A stretch of 64,000 bases of DNA from an uncultured Alphaproteobacteria bacterium. GTDB taxonomy: Bacteria > Pseudomonadota > Alphaproteobacteria > JAJTHO01 > G963706365. Below, in pieces: positions 19,555 through 31,276 of the stretch (the first letter of the stretch is position 1; every line of letters begins with the position of its first letter). Below the pieces are notes generated by a model. The model was not told the DNA's origin. It did no database searches and saw only the letters and a list, made by a program, of their open reading frames with translations. A program made the translations under genes and the position numbers. The DNA is taken from positions 1,468,265 to 1,532,264 of the forward strand of contig OY970150.1 of assembly GCA_963706365.1 (NCBI GenBank). The letters are read 5' to 3'.

Positions 19555-19599
19555 AGAACATTTATACTAAATTCGCTCAACATTTCTAATCATTTATTA

Positions 19600-20568
19600 C
19601 TATTGTAAGCCCGCCTTCAAACAATCATGAATGTGTAAAATGCCAATGGGGCAGTGTTGGGAATCAACCGCGAATAGAACTGTAATATTATGCTTGTTCA
19701 TAAATCCCAGTGTTTGCACAGCTAGAGATTGTGGCGTTGTTACTTTAGGATTTTTCGTCATCATTGTTTCAACCAATGTTGTGCGCAATCCTTTTTGATC
19801 TAAGTGATTTACCACATGTCGGCGCAAATCACCGTCAGTAATAATACCAGTTAAACAGCCTTGTTCGTTTACAATTCCCACACAGCCAAAATGTTTCTCA
19901 GACATTTCCAAGGTTGCATCTCGAATACTGCGGCCTTCTTTAATAAGGGGCAGCTCATTTTTTCCGTGCATTAACTCTTGAACTTTGATCAAGTTTTTGC
20001 CCAAGGAACCACCGGGATGATAATCTTTAAAATCATCAGCAGAAAAACCGCGCCATTCTAATAAAGCAATGGCAAGTGCATCGCCAAGTGCCAACATCAT
20101 CGTCGTTGAGGTTGTTGGTGCTAATCTTAGGGGGCAGGCGGGTTCTGCTGCGGGAACCAATAAATGAAAATCTGCGGCACTACCTAAGGTGCTATTGATT
20201 TCACGCGTAAGGGCTATGAGTGGAATTTGATGACGGCGGGTAAAACTGATAATGCCACTTAATTCCTCGCTTTCCCCCGATTCTGAAAGTGCGATGACAC
20301 TGTCTTCGGTGGTGATCATGCCTAAATCACCGTGACTAGCTTCGGAAGGATGCACAAAAAAGGAGGGGGTGCCCGTAGAGGCCAATGTGGCAGCAATCTT
20401 GTTAGCGACATGGCCACTTTTGCCAATACCGGTAAGAATAACACGGTCTTTTGTTTCGCTGATGCATTTCACTGCTTCTTCAAAATGATGGTCTAGGGAA
20501 TTAGAAAGGTCTTTTAGACCGGCAGCTTCAATATCTAAAACGCGACGACCGGCAGTAATAAAAGGCAT
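19600..20568 (-). CDS. kpsF: arabinose-5-phosphate isomerase (SIS + tandem CBS domains)
   Basis: SIS motif GIGKSGHVANKIAATLASTGTPS. CBS pair at the C-terminus. 322 aa. Confidence 0.8.
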   Translation of the reverse strand: MPFITAGRRVLDIEAAGLKDLSNSLDHHFEEAVKCISETKDRVILTGIGKSGHVANKIAATLASTGTPSFFVHPSEASHGDLGMITTEDSVIALSESGESEELSGIISFTRRHQIPLIALTREINSTLGSAADFHLLVPAAEPACPLRLAPTTSTTMMLALGDALAIALLEWRGFSADDFKDYHPGGSLGKNLIKVQELMHGKNELPLIKEGRSIRDATLEMSEKHFGCVGIVNEQGCLTGIITDGDLRRHVVNHLDQKGLRTTLVETMMTKNPKVTTPQSLAVQTLGFMNKHNITVLFAVDSQHCPIGILHIHDCLKAGLQ

Positions 20569-20599
20569 GCGCTATACCTAATGTATTAACAGCCTGTTT

Positions 20600-21361
20600 T
20601 CAAGCCTGATAGCCACTGGCCACTTGCTGTTGGCAATACTGTGACAGCGTTTTACGATTATCAAAATCTTGACGTGCCACCGGAGCGTGCAAGGTCAACT
20701 GCACCGTTGTGTTACCCTGCTTTAAAAATTGCCACAGGTGGCTGGCCATTTCCATGTCGCCAAACCAGGTAAATAATGGGCGGTGCACACGGCGTACGGG
20801 AATACCATCAATATGCGTATAGGCGATAGTAACTGGCTGGATATTTAATTGTTCTGTCTGCTCAATGAGGCGTGCAACGCTAAAAAGTGTGCTTTTAAAA
20901 GGCAGCACTCTGTTACCATTGGCGCTGGTACCTTCGGGAAATAAGATGAGGTTATTACAACTTTTCAGTGCTTTTGCCAAGGAGTCTTGTTGTTCGGCCG
21001 CTTTGCGTGGGTTGCGTTCTATAAACAAGGTATTCTGGCACTTTGATAAAAAGCCGAAAACTGGCCATTTTTCTACTTCTTTTTTTGCCACAAACCATCC
21101 ACTTAGTTTACTGCCTATCACTACAATATCGAGATAACTTACATGGTTAGAAACATATAGAACGGGGGCGTTTGTGCATATGTCGCCGTTTATTTTTACT
21201 TTCAAACCAACACTTTTACACATCATAATGTGCCACCACATGGCCATTTTTAAACCGGCTGGTGCATTAATGCGTTTTACAATGATTAGCGGGGGGATGA
21301 TGATGAATGTCCAGAAAATCATCATAAAAATTCTAAAAACAGCCAGCAGGTTTTGAATCAT
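20600..21361 (-). CDS. plsC: lysophospholipid (1-acyl-glycerol-3-phosphate) acyltransferase
   Basis: HxxxxD motif NHVSYLD and FPEGT. ATGA overlap with the metK stop. Confidence 0.7.
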   Translation of the reverse strand: MIQNLLAVFRIFMMIFWTFIIIPPLIIVKRINAPAGLKMAMWWHIMMCKSVGLKVKINGDICTNAPVLYVSNHVSYLDIVVIGSKLSGWFVAKKEVEKWPVFGFLSKCQNTLFIERNPRKAAEQQDSLAKALKSCNNLILFPEGTSANGNRVLPFKSTLFSVARLIEQTEQLNIQPVTIAYTHIDGIPVRRVHRPLFTWFGDMEMASHLWQFLKQGNTTVQLTLHAPVARQDFDNRKTLSQYCQQQVASGYQA

Positions 21362-22542
21362 GCGCTTACTTTAAAGCTGTCTTGAAATTTTTCCACCAGA
21401 CTTAATTTTTCCCAGGTAAAAAAACCATCTTCGGTGGGGGCGCGGCCAAAATGCCCATAAGAGGCCGTAGGCTGATAAATGGGTTTATTCAGGTCTAGTG
21501 TTTGCCGAATGCCAGTGGGGGTAAGATCAATTGTCTCGATAATCCAGTCAGCTACCTGCTTTTCGTCCAGTGATGTTGTGTCATGGAAATTTAAATAAAC
21601 CGATAAGGGGCGTGCCACGCCAATGGCATAGGATAGTTGCAAAGTGCAACGTCTTGCCAGGCCTGCGGCTACAATATTTTTAGCTAGATAACGTGCCATA
21701 TAGGCAGCCGAACGATCAACTTTTGTCGGGTCTTTGCCAGAAAACGCCCCGCCGCCATGGGGGGCGGAACCGCCATAGGTATCAACAATAATTTTACGGC
21801 CCGTAAGCCCGGCATCACCGTCGGGGCCACCAATAACGAAGCGGCCAGTGGGGTTAATATGAATGTGTTCTGATGATGGTACCCAGCCTTGCGGCAATTG
21901 CTTTTGTAATGCGTGCATCACAATTTGCCGCACATCTTTTTGCTTGAGATCTTCATTGTGTTGTGTGGAAACCACAATAGAAGTGCAGCCAACGGGGCGT
22001 TCATTTTCGTATAACAGCGTAACCTGGCTTTTGGCATCTGGCCCTAACCCTTTATAAATACCAGCGTGCCGACCTTCGCTTAGGTCGCGTAAAATTTTAT
22101 GGGCATAATAGATGGGGGCGGGCATAAAAATGTCTTTATCGCCCACTACTTCGTTGGTGGCATAGCCAAACATAATGCCTTGGTCTCCCGCACCTTCTAG
22201 TTTATCGCCAGACTGATCAACGCCGACCGCAATATCAACGGATTGCTCGTGTATGTAATTGGCAATGTCCAGACTTTTCCAGTGAAAGCCGCGCTGCTCG
22301 TAGCCGATTTTTTTTACCGTTTCACGCACAATGGCGTCAATCCGATCTTTTGTCATGGTATCCGCGCCGCGCACTTCCCCGGCAAGAATCACACGATTTG
22401 TTGTTGCCATGGTTTCCACCGCTACGCGGGCTTCCGGTAGTTCGGTCAGGTGTGCATCCAAAATAGCATCAGAAATCTGATCACAAATTTTGTCGGGGTG
22501 GCCTTCGGAAACGGATTCACTGGTAAAAAGAAATTGTGACAT
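21358..22542 (-). CDS. metK: S-adenosylmethionine synthetase
   Basis: GHPDK, GAGDQG and DTYGG motifs. 394 aa. Confidence 0.95.
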   Translation of the reverse strand: MSQFLFTSESVSEGHPDKICDQISDAILDAHLTELPEARVAVETMATTNRVILAGEVRGADTMTKDRIDAIVRETVKKIGYEQRGFHWKSLDIANYIHEQSVDIAVGVDQSGDKLEGAGDQGIMFGYATNEVVGDKDIFMPAPIYYAHKILRDLSEGRHAGIYKGLGPDAKSQVTLLYENERPVGCTSIVVSTQHNEDLKQKDVRQIVMHALQKQLPQGWVPSSEHIHINPTGRFVIGGPDGDAGLTGRKIIVDTYGGSAPHGGGAFSGKDPTKVDRSAAYMARYLAKNIVAAGLARRCTLQLSYAIGVARPLSVYLNFHDTTSLDEKQVADWIIETIDLTPTGIRQTLDLNKPIYQPTASYGHFGRAPTEDGFFTWEKLSLVEKFQDSFKVSA

Positions 22543-22662
22543 GAATTTTTTGTAGTGTTATTGCGGATCTAGACCAGGGTATTGAGGAAATTTTGTCGTA
22601 TTTATTTATTTCAGCGTTCAGGATTGCGGCGCTAGGCCGCAATATCCTTTCGGCTTATGGCA

Positions 22663-25384
22663 TTAGTCTTCTAAGCTAGAAGCAATTTCTTTCACATCGA
22701 AACATTCAATTTGGTCGCCCACTTTAACGTCAGAATAATTTTCAAAGGCCATACCGCACTCTGTTCCATTACGCACTTCTTTCACTTCATCTTTAAAGCG
22801 TTTCAGGGTTTTTAGCTTGCCTTCATGAATAACCACGTCATCGCGTAGTAAACGAACACGACAACCACGTTTGATGGTACCATCGGTAACAATACAACCC
22901 GCAATATTGCCTACTTTGGTAATATTGAAAACTTCCAGAACTTTGGCGTAGCCAAGGAAATTTTCCTGCAAAGTTGGGTCTAACATACCAGTTAACACCA
23001 TATCAATATCATCCATCAAGTTGTAGATGACAGAGTGATAGCGCACATCCACTTCATCGCGCTTGGCAACTTGGCGGGCTTGGGGGTTGGCACGTACGTT
23101 AAAGCCAACGACAATGGCATTACTAGCTTTGGCCAACACAACATCACTTTCGGTGATAGCACCAACGCCACTGTGAATAACTTTTACACCTACTTCATCA
23201 TTACCCGATTTTTGCATGGCTGCATTAATCGCTTCTAAAGAACCATGCACGTCTGTTTTAACAACAAGCGCCAGGTATTTTTTACCGTCTGCAGCAGCGG
23301 CAAACAAGCTATCAACGCTTTGTGCACGCATGGCGGCGGCTTCTTTTTCGCGAATCTGACGCTGGCGAAACTCTGATATTTCTCGTGCTTTTGCTTCAGA
23401 ATCAACGACAACCAGCGTTATCACCGGCTTTTGGTGTGCCATTCAGGCCTAACACAGCAATCGGCATCGCTGGAATCGCTTCGTTGTGGCGTTGATCATC
23501 TTCATCTAACAAGGCACGCACACGCCCCCATTCCGTGCCAACAACAAAGATATCTCCCACCCGCAAGGTTCCACGCTGTACCAGAACAGTGGCAACAGAA
23601 CCACGCCCTTGGTCTAACTGTGATTCTACCACGATGGCTTCGGCGTTGCGGTTCGGGTTTGCTTTTAGTTCGAGTACTTCGGATTGCAGTAAAATTGCTT
23701 CTTGCAATTTATCCAGGCCTTCGCCGGTTTTTGCAGAAACAGGAACAGACATTACTTCACCGCCCATTTCTTCAACAACAAGTTCATGGCTTAATAAATC
23801 GGAACGTACTTTATCAACATTGGCACCCGGCGTATCAATTTTATTAATAGCAACAATAATAGGTACACCTGCTGCTTTTGCATGGTTTAGGGCTTCTATG
23901 GTTTGTGGCTTGATGCTGTCATCTGCTGCAATGACCAAAATAACGATATCGGTCACATTGGCGCCACGTGCCCGCATTTCGGTAAAGGCCGCATGGCCAG
24001 GGGTATCAACAAACGATATTTTTTCACCGTTATCTGTTTCAATCTGATAGGCACCAATATGTTGTGTGATACCTCCTGCTTCACCATGGGCGACACGTGC
24101 TTTACGCAGCGCATCCAACAAAGACGTTTTACCATGATCAACATGCCCCATAATGGTAACAACAGGCGGGCGTGGTTGCAGGTCTTCGGCTTCATCTTCG
24201 CCAGAAATCAATGCATCTTCCACATCAGTTTCAGCCACTCGTTTTGCACTGTGACCCAGCTCTTCAACAACAAGCTCAGCTGTATCAGCATCAATTGTTT
24301 GTGTGGCCGTAGCCATAATGCCCAGCTTCATTAGCTCTTTTACAACATCGGCTGTTCTCTCGGTCATCCGATTGGCCAGCTCTTGTACAGTAATGGTTTC
24401 TGGCAGAATAATTTCGCGGTAAACTTTTTCTTTTAGAACGGTGTCACCAGTTTTGCGGCGCTCTTTTTGTTGGCGACGACGTGCAGAGGCTAGACTATGG
24501 GTTCTATCATCTCGGCCATTGAGCACGTTGTTTAAACTTAAGCGACGTTGACGACGTGGCTCTATACGGCGTGCTACAGCAGCGGGACGGGCATGCTCTT
24601 GTTCGCTTGCTGGGCGGGCATTCGGGCCAAAATTAGCTTTAACTTTAGCTTGACGCTCTAGCTCTTGCTTATCTTTTTCCTGTTTTGCTTCCTGTTCCCG
24701 TTCTTTACGTGCTTTTTCAACCTGGGCACTTAAGTCCGGTTTATCGCGGCGCACAATACGCCGCAATGGTGTTGTAGGAATTGTAGAAGTTGTTTTTCTT
24801 GGGGCCACAACAGGTGTTTTTGGTGGTTCTGGAACCACGGCCATTTCCTTGGCGGCAGCGGCAAGCTCTTGGGCTGTGTCATCAACCTTGATATTTAGTT
24901 TAACTTTTTCCGGCTTTGCCTCGGGTTGCGGGGCAGGTTGCTCGAATGCGGTTTTAATTTCTGTGTCAACCGGTTTCGTTTCTTTTTCAGCTGCTGGCGC
25001 ACTTTGCTCTACTTTTTGAATGCCACGCAATTGCTCTGCTTGTTTTGTTTTGGGTGCATCGCCGGAATCAATGTTTTGTAGGGCTTTTAACCGCGTTGCC
25101 CGCTCAGCCGGCGTTAGGCGAGCTAGTTCTTCAGAAATCTGGTTGCCGTCGGCATCAACTTCTTTTTTATCAGTAGGGGCTGTGATGGCGGGTGTGAACG
25201 TCGGCTTTAACCCCCCTGCATTGGCCGGGCGCTGCAATACACTACGCTTACGTTTTACTTCAACAGTGACAGTGCCTGACCCAGCACGTTTATTTAGGTC
25301 AATCGGCTTTTTTAAACCAAGGGTTCCGCCGCTAATGCTTAGCGGTTTTTGGGGGTTGTTATCTTTTTTATCGCTTGCGCTCAT
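22663..25384 (-). CDS. infB: translation initiation factor IF-2, split by an apparent frameshift near 23416
   Basis: ORF 23402-25384 encodes the N-terminal, G and part of the beta-barrel domains and ends ...[18 protein letters not shown] 22663-23442 continues ...[13 protein letters not shown] in another frame. The join is aac-g-ctg. Confidence 0.85.
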
Positions 25385-25676
25385 AATTATCTCGTATCTG
25401 TTATGACATTATAACAGGACGGTATTTATGAGGCAGATAATCTGCCTTAATCGGCTAAAGCGATTATAACATAAAAGGATGCCCCGTTGATTGAATAGTC
25501 ATGTCTGGATCATGGTTTTACAGAATTTCTTTAATATTTCAAGTTTTAACTTTCATTGGAACAAAATTAAAAGCTTGTATTATGTATAAGGATTGCCTTA
25601 TAATGATGCAGCCTGTTTATCAAAAACGCAACGGCTCGTAACAAATCTTTATTCCCATTACTATTACATAAAATCC

Positions 25677-26990
25677 ATGCATTTATTAGACCTAAAGCAG
25701 AAAACAGCTGCTGAACTATTAACCCACGCTGACGAACTTGGCATTGAAAATGCCACGGACATGCGCAGCCAGGAGCTTATGTTTGCCATACTAAAGCAAT
25801 TGGCCGAGGACGATGTAGCCATTTACGGCCAAGGTGTTTTAGAAAAACTGAATGATGGTTTCGGCTTTCTACGTTCTCCGGAATCAAACTATTTACCAGG
25901 GCCAGACGACATTTACGTTAGCCCACAGCAAATTCGAAAATTTGCGCTGCGTACCGGTGATACCATTGAAGGTGAAATTCGTTCCCCCCGCAATGGCGAG
26001 CGCTATTTTGCATTAAAAGAAATTAAGCACATTAACTTTGATGCGCCGGATCAGACAAAAAAACGCGTAAATTTTGATAATTTAACCGCGCTTTACCCCG
26101 ATGATAAATTGCACATGGAAATGACAGATGATGGCGCGGCTATTATTTCCACCGGGAAAAAAGGTAAAAAGCAGGGCGACAACAGAAGCCCGAAAAAGGA
26201 CTATACCCACCGGGTGCTTGACCTAATTTGCCCATTAGGGAAAGGCCAGCGTGCCTTAATTGTTGCGCCGCCAAGAACCGGTAAAACGGTAATGTTGCAG
26301 TCTATTGCCCATTCCATTGCCGCAAATCACCCCGAAACCTATTTAATTGTATTGTTGATTGATGAGCGGCCTGAGGAAGTGACGGATATGGATCGCTCTG
26401 TGCGGGGAGAAGTTATTAGCTCTACATTTGATGAGCCCGCCCACCGCCATGTGCAAGTGGCCGAAATGGTTATAGAAAAAGCCAAACGTTTGGTAGAGCA
26501 TAAACGTGACGTGGTTATTCTGCTGGATTCTATTACAAGACTGGCGCGAGCCTATAATACCGTTGTGCCTTCCAGTGGTAAGGTTTTAACCGGTGGAGTA
26601 GACGCCAACGCGTTGCAAAAACCAAAACGCTTTTTTGGTGCCGCGCGTAACGTGGAAGAGGGTGGTTCTTTAACAATTATTTCCACGGCATTAATTGAAA
26701 CCGGCTCTCGGATGGACGAAGTTATCTTTGAAGAGTTTAAAGGAACTGGTAATAGTGAAGTGGTGCTAGACCGCAAGCTGGCTGACAAGCGTACCTTCCC
26801 GGCATTAGATGTTACAAAATCAGGTACCCGCAAAGAAGAGTTGCTGGTTGATAAAACGGCACTAACTAAAATTTACGTTTTGCGCCGCATTCTGATGCAA
26901 ATGGGGCCAACAGACGGTATGGACTTCTTAATTGATAAGCTGAAACATTCTAAAACAAATGATGATTTTTTTGAGGCGATGAATTCCTAG
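25677..26990 (+). CDS. rho: transcription termination factor Rho
   Basis: Start trimmed to [18 protein letters not shown]-binding and RecA-like ATPase domains. Includes an N-terminal insertion. Confidence 0.95.
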   Translation: MHLLDLKQKTAAELLTHADELGIENATDMRSQELMFAILKQLAEDDVAIYGQGVLEKLNDGFGFLRSPESNYLPGPDDIYVSPQQIRKFALRTGDTIEGEIRSPRNGERYFALKEIKHINFDAPDQTKKRVNFDNLTALYPDDKLHMEMTDDGAAIISTGKKGKKQGDNRSPKKDYTHRVLDLICPLGKGQRALIVAPPRTGKTVMLQSIAHSIAANHPETYLIVLLIDERPEEVTDMDRSVRGEVISSTFDEPAHRHVQVAEMVIEKAKRLVEHKRDVVILLDSITRLARAYNTVVPSSGKVLTGGVDANALQKPKRFFGAARNVEEGGSLTIISTALIETGSRMDEVIFEEFKGTGNSEVVLDRKLADKRTFPALDVTKSGTRKEELLVDKTALTKIYVLRRILMQMGPTDGMDFLIDKLKHSKTNDDFFEAMNS

Positions 26991-27025
26991 GCTTAGTTTA
27001 GATAGGATCGAAAATATATACTTTT

Positions 27026-27875
27026 TACCCGAGTCTCAACACTGATTTAGCCTGATATAGAAATTAAAACTAACCTTATCTCGCCTTAAACATTATTCGT
27101 GTTACATACAGCTATTAACTTTAGTTTTGATTGCTTGAATTATCGGGTTGATTGCATTTATAGAACAGCATGAAATTACTCAATATACTTATAGGTTCAT
27201 TCTTCCTTTTGTCTTCCTGCAGCAATTCTACTCAGTACCAAGAGGTAATACGCCTTTCAGCCGAAGGGACACCAGAAGAACTTCGTAGTGAAATTGTTGC
27301 GGAGAGTATCGAAAATATTTCTACAATTCGTTTTGGGCGCAACTATAGTCTTATTCATATTGCTATTGGTAACCAGTCTTATCCGGAGGTGATTCGCGTT
27401 CTCCATGACTTTGGTGCAGACTTAAACGCCCAAGATGATGATTTACGAACTCCTTTAGACTATGCGGTAGACAATGATAATGCAGAATCAGCACGCATCT
27501 TACTCGAACTTGGTGCTGACCCTTTAAGCAAAAATATTGCTGAGGTCAACGTAATCGAGTCCTGTAAGAACGTTGTTCTTAGAGACTTTCCAAATCACAA
27601 TACTTGCAACGTGATTCTGAGTTTGGCAGGTAAACAATAACCTTATCTAAAACGTTCTACTATGGGCTTGTTCGATTTTTCGGGACTAAATTCTGGTCAG
27701 ATTACTGGCTTAGTACGACTAGCTGCCGCTTCTTATGATGGTATTGCACCTCCTGGTTCAAACAGTATATCTTTATGATAATTTCTTCCTGATTCATCGC
27801 TTTCCTGCCTTTCTTCAAAAAACAGCCTAGTGGTGAATCACCTCTTTTTTATATCTGGTTGTTGAGACTCGGGTA
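27026..27875. mobile_element. about 850 bp cassette bounded by perfect 16-bp inverted repeats (tacccgagtctcaaca), carrying the ankyrin lipoprotein gene
   Basis: Left IR 27026-27041, right IR 27860-27875 (reverse complement). The cassette sits between rho and yggS. Confidence 0.45.
27170..27640 (+). CDS. ankyrin-repeat lipoprotein
   Basis: Lipobox LLSSC. Two or three ankyrin repeats (LIHIAIGNQSYPEVIRVLHDFGADLNAQDDDLRTPLDYAV...ARILLELGADP). Confidence 0.7.
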   Translation: MKLLNILIGSFFLLSSCSNSTQYQEVIRLSAEGTPEELRSEIVAESIENISTIRFGRNYSLIHIAIGNQSYPEVIRVLHDFGADLNAQDDDLRTPLDYAVDNDNAESARILLELGADPLSKNIAEVNVIESCKNVVLRDFPNHNTCNVILSLAGKQ

Positions 27876-27897
27876 CTTTTTTATCCTTTATATTATT

Positions 27898-28572
27898 TCA
27901 GTGTTGACGTTCCCCAAACAAAATCGTTCCCACCCTAATATGCGTTGCCCCCAGTGCAACAGCTGTTTGCCAGTCATTACTCATGCCCATACTTAATTGA
28001 TGCAGTCCATGCTGTTCAGCTATTTGTCTTAGGAATGCAAAATGGGGGGCTGCTACTTCTTCTTGTGGGGGGATGCACATCAACCCTTTTACTGGCAAGT
28101 TTGTACAGCCTTGAATAAATTTGTGAGTTTCCATAGGTAACACGCCAGATTTCTGTGCTTCCTCTCCTGTGTTCACCTGAATAAAAAGCTCGGGGCAATT
28201 ATCTAGGCTTTCCAAAGAGGATTTCAGGCTTTCTCTATCTAATGTATGAATGGCACTAAATAACTGCGCTGCTTGCTTCGCCTTGTTACTTTGTAAGGGG
28301 CCGATCAAGTGCAATTGCGTATCAGGATATTTTTTTAATAATGATGGCCATTTTTCATATGCTTCCTGAACCCTGTTTTCAGCAAAATGTCTGTGACCAT
28401 GCGCTAGCAATACTTCAATAGCTTCAATAGATTGCTTTTTAGAAACGGCTAAAACAACTGGTTTTGGCCTTTCATATTGCATGCAAACCTTGCGCAGCAT
28501 TTGTTGAAAAGCGTCATAACGATTTGATAAGGCGCTGTAATCAGATTTAATCGCTTGTGTCGCTGTGCTCAT
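27898..28572 (-). CDS. yggS: YggS-family PLP homeostasis protein
   Basis: LAVSKKQS and HLIGPLQSNK motifs. Start trimmed to MSTATQ. Confidence 0.8.
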   Translation of the reverse strand: MSTATQAIKSDYSALSNRYDAFQQMLRKVCMQYERPKPVVLAVSKKQSIEAIEVLLAHGHRHFAENRVQEAYEKWPSLLKKYPDTQLHLIGPLQSNKAKQAAQLFSAIHTLDRESLKSSLESLDNCPELFIQVNTGEEAQKSGVLPMETHKFIQGCTNLPVKGLMCIPPQEEVAAPHFAFLRQIAEQHGLHQLSMGMSNDWQTAVALGATHIRVGTILFGERQH

Positions 28573-28607
28573 TATGATGTGATAACAGGGTGAAGAAGTT
28601 TTTTGCA

Positions 28608-29174
28608 ATGATTGCTATCACGGATGATCATCGTCCTGATCTTCTGTTGCAGATACCCCAGACAATTCCCAAAGGATATTTATGTATTTTGCGGGGCAGG
28701 GCGTGTCATCAGGTAAAAACCAGAGGCAATGTGAGTTATGCCAATAGTGTTAACCTGGCAATTCAAAGTAGAGCTGTTGGGCTGCATTTATCAGAGCGAC
28801 AATTAAGATGTCGGGGGAAATTAAACCTGAGGCTAATGCAAAAGCGATTCTATGTAACAGCGGCCTGTCATAAACAGACAACTTTAAAGCATGGGAAGCA
28901 TATTGATGCCTTGCTGATTAGCCCACTATTTAAAACTTTAAGTCATCCTGAACTGCCACCTGCAAATATATATAAGTTAAGATGTATTGTAAGAAAATCT
29001 GAAAAGCCAATTTATCTGATGGGGGGGATTAAGACGTGCGAAACTGCCAAAATTGAGAAAATGTTCGCTTTTCCAATGTTTTATGGTATTGCTGGCACCG
29101 CGGTAGTTGCGCATATGTCACAGCGCCAAGGCGCATTAGGTAGATGCCGCCGTAAACACTTGTCGTATGGATAG
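28608..29174 (+). CDS. thiamine-phosphate synthase (ThiE)-like protein, divergent
   Basis: Weak matches to ThiE: IAITDD, IDALLISPLFKT.SHPE, LMGGIKTCETAKIEKMFAFPMFYGIAG. Confidence 0.35.
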   Translation: MIAITDDHRPDLLLQIPQTIPKGYLCILRGRACHQVKTRGNVSYANSVNLAIQSRAVGLHLSERQLRCRGKLNLRLMQKRFYVTAACHKQTTLKHGKHIDALLISPLFKTLSHPELPPANIYKLRCIVRKSEKPIYLMGGIKTCETAKIEKMFAFPMFYGIAGTAVVAHMSQRQGALGRCRRKHLSYG

Positions 29175-29217
29175 AATAACCTGTAGATTCCTATTCTATA
29201 AATAACCAATTAATCCA

Positions 29218-30453
29218 ATGGAGAAAATAATGAAAAAGGTTCTTTTGGGTACAACTGCACTGATTGGTGCACTTGCTACTTCTTCAGCTGTTCTAGCTGA
29301 TGACCACATGCATTCCGATGCCGACGCCCCAATCACTGTAAGAGTTGGTGGTGCTGTAAGATTTATTGCTGGCTATGTTGATGAAGACATTACTGGTGCA
29401 AACGCTGATAGTGCTCGTGACTACGCTGCTGACATTGACGCAAGTGCTTTCATTAGTGCTGAAGGTGTTGCTGCTAATGGTATCGTTTACGGTGCTAAAG
29501 CAGAACTACTGCCTGATGCTTCTGATGAAGAAGAGCACAACGAATACTTTGTGTATGCTTCTGGTACCTTTGGTACAGTTGAAGCCGGACAAGTTGGCGG
29601 TACACTAGATCGTTTATCTGTAGTCGCTCCTAGAGAGTTTGGTACAGGTGGTGCTGATGGTGAATACGAAGATTTCCAAGCACAAACAATTGGTGGATTC
29701 AACACAGGCGAGGGGATTGATAATCTTTCTGCTCTAGACGAAAACTTCAATGCTTTTGACAGTCATGATGACCTAAAAATTAACTACTTTTCTCCATCTT
29801 TCAGTGGATTTCAGTTCGGTTTAAGTTTTACACCTGACGGTGATGACACAGGCAACAGTGGTAACCAAGGTGGTGACCGTACGCTTCGTTCCGACGTAGG
29901 AACACAAGCTGCAAACACACTTAATGGTGTTCTTTCAAAGTCTGGCTTTGAAAACTTCTATGAAGTTGCTTTAAACTACAACACACAGTTTAGTGGTGTT
30001 GGTGTTGCTATCGGTGGTGGTTATAGTGCTGCGGACGCAAAAGAAATTACGGGCGCAAGCTACGAAGATCTTTCTGCTTACCAGGCTGGTCTACAACTAA
30101 GTTACATGGGCTTTGTGCTTGGTGGTGGTTACGTTAACAACGGCGATTCCGGTTACCTTGCAACTGGTGCTAACGACGATGACAACGAAGCTTACAACTT
30201 TGGTATTCAATATGTAGCGGGTCCTGTTACTGTTGGTGCGAACGCCTTGCTTGCTGAAAACGAAGGTTTTTCTGGTACTGCCGGAAACAACGAACTTGAT
30301 GTTTACAGTGTAGGTACAAGTTACCGTGCTGCTCCAGGTTGGACTGCTTTTGTTGAAGCTTCCATGTTTGAAGCTAAGTACGACACAGCTGCTGGTGGTA
30401 CAATCGAAAACGACGGTTCTGTTGTTATGGTTGGTACAGCGATTGAATTTTAA
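29218..30453 (+). CDS. outer-membrane porin-like beta-barrel protein
   Basis: Signal peptide ...ATSSAVLA. Gly/Tyr-rich alternating strands and a C-terminal aromatic residue (EF). Confidence 0.6.
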   Translation: MEKIMKKVLLGTTALIGALATSSAVLADDHMHSDADAPITVRVGGAVRFIAGYVDEDITGANADSARDYAADIDASAFISAEGVAANGIVYGAKAELLPDASDEEEHNEYFVYASGTFGTVEAGQVGGTLDRLSVVAPREFGTGGADGEYEDFQAQTIGGFNTGEGIDNLSALDENFNAFDSHDDLKINYFSPSFSGFQFGLSFTPDGDDTGNSGNQGGDRTLRSDVGTQAANTLNGVLSKSGFENFYEVALNYNTQFSGVGVAIGGGYSAADAKEITGASYEDLSAYQAGLQLSYMGFVLGGGYVNNGDSGYLATGANDDDNEAYNFGIQYVAGPVTVGANALLAENEGFSGTAGNNELDVYSVGTSYRAAPGWTAFVEASMFEAKYDTAAGGTIENDGSVVMVGTAIEF

Positions 30454-30476
30454 TCAATCACTCCTTTAATAGAAAA

Positions 30477-30500
30477 GGCCGGTTTTACCGGCCTTTTTTT
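30477..30500 (+). terminator. rho-independent terminator
   Basis: ggccggttttaccggcc followed by 7 T. Confidence 0.8.
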
Positions 30501-30559
30501 ATTATATAATTTACGTTTAATTGTTACGATTAGAGAGTATTCTCATCAAGCTATAGATT

Positions 30560-31234
30560 ATGCAATTACCTGATACTGTATCTAGAATTCAAATAACTTG
30601 TAAATCTACAAGATTAGAGCATTTGAAAGAAATTATCGCAATAAGAAGAACAGAGGCTTCTGGGAAATACATTTTATTATATCAGTTTTTAATCAATGCA
30701 CCAATCGTATTAATTATAATATTAACAATCGGTTATTTGAAAGAGGATAGATTTTTTATATTAATACTGCCATCAATTGGTTGGGCAACACAGGTTAGCT
30801 ATCTTCTATTACTGTGGATAGTTATAGCGTCATTATTATCTTTAATTAGATATATTATAGATCAGCTACTCGATGTATTAGAAGTTCTGACTAGTTCCGA
30901 GGAAAATTTTTACTCTATTAATTTAGGTGAATTTATAGAGCATCATATAAAAACGCCGACTGGTAAGAGTATTCATAAAAGTATCTGGGAAGATGCCAAG
31001 TATATTAGGGATACTAAAAAATATTTGATACTGGCCTTTTCAGGTTCATTTTACTGTTTGCAAAAAATTGATTTAACGGAAAAGCAGCAGCAAGCTATTA
31101 TTGAATCAATGCCAGCTTATGAAAAGAAAAAAAAGATTTCTTTTGGAGAATTTCTTCGAAAAAATCCGGTTAGACTTGCTGTAACATGTAATATCATTTT
31201 CTGGACACCGGTTATCTGGTTTTTTCTTTTTTAA
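30560..31234 (+). CDS. hypothetical membrane protein (AT-rich)
   Basis: 224 aa with several hydrophobic helices. No family recognised. Confidence 0.3.
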   Translation: MQLPDTVSRIQITCKSTRLEHLKEIIAIRRTEASGKYILLYQFLINAPIVLIIILTIGYLKEDRFFILILPSIGWATQVSYLLLLWIVIASLLSLIRYIIDQLLDVLEVLTSSEENFYSINLGEFIEHHIKTPTGKSIHKSIWEDAKYIRDTKKYLILAFSGSFYCLQKIDLTEKQQQAIIESMPAYEKKKKISFGEFLRKNPVRLAVTCNIIFWTPVIWFFLF

Positions 31235-31276
31235 CCAACCTTGCTATAAGACAAATAATCTTTATATTGCGGCGTC

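Noticed and set aside
22543-22662. A possible SAM riboswitch or terminator in the infB-metK spacer (hairpin ggattgcggcgctaggccgcaatatcc at 22621-22647).
   Set aside because: No SAM-II-like conserved pseudoknot sequence could be recognised by eye. On the coding (minus) strand the hairpin has no U-tract, so neither call is supportable without a covariance-model search.
23431-24334. Long plus-strand ORFs (138-170 aa) inside infB. Similar antisense ORFs occur inside accD (1985-2374), secA (15450-16048), the VirB6-like genes (38756-40404) and the M48 gene (62207-62578).
   Set aside because: They lie fully antisense to strongly supported conserved genes. They are low-complexity or Cys/Ser-rich with no motifs, which is the typical shadow-ORF pattern.
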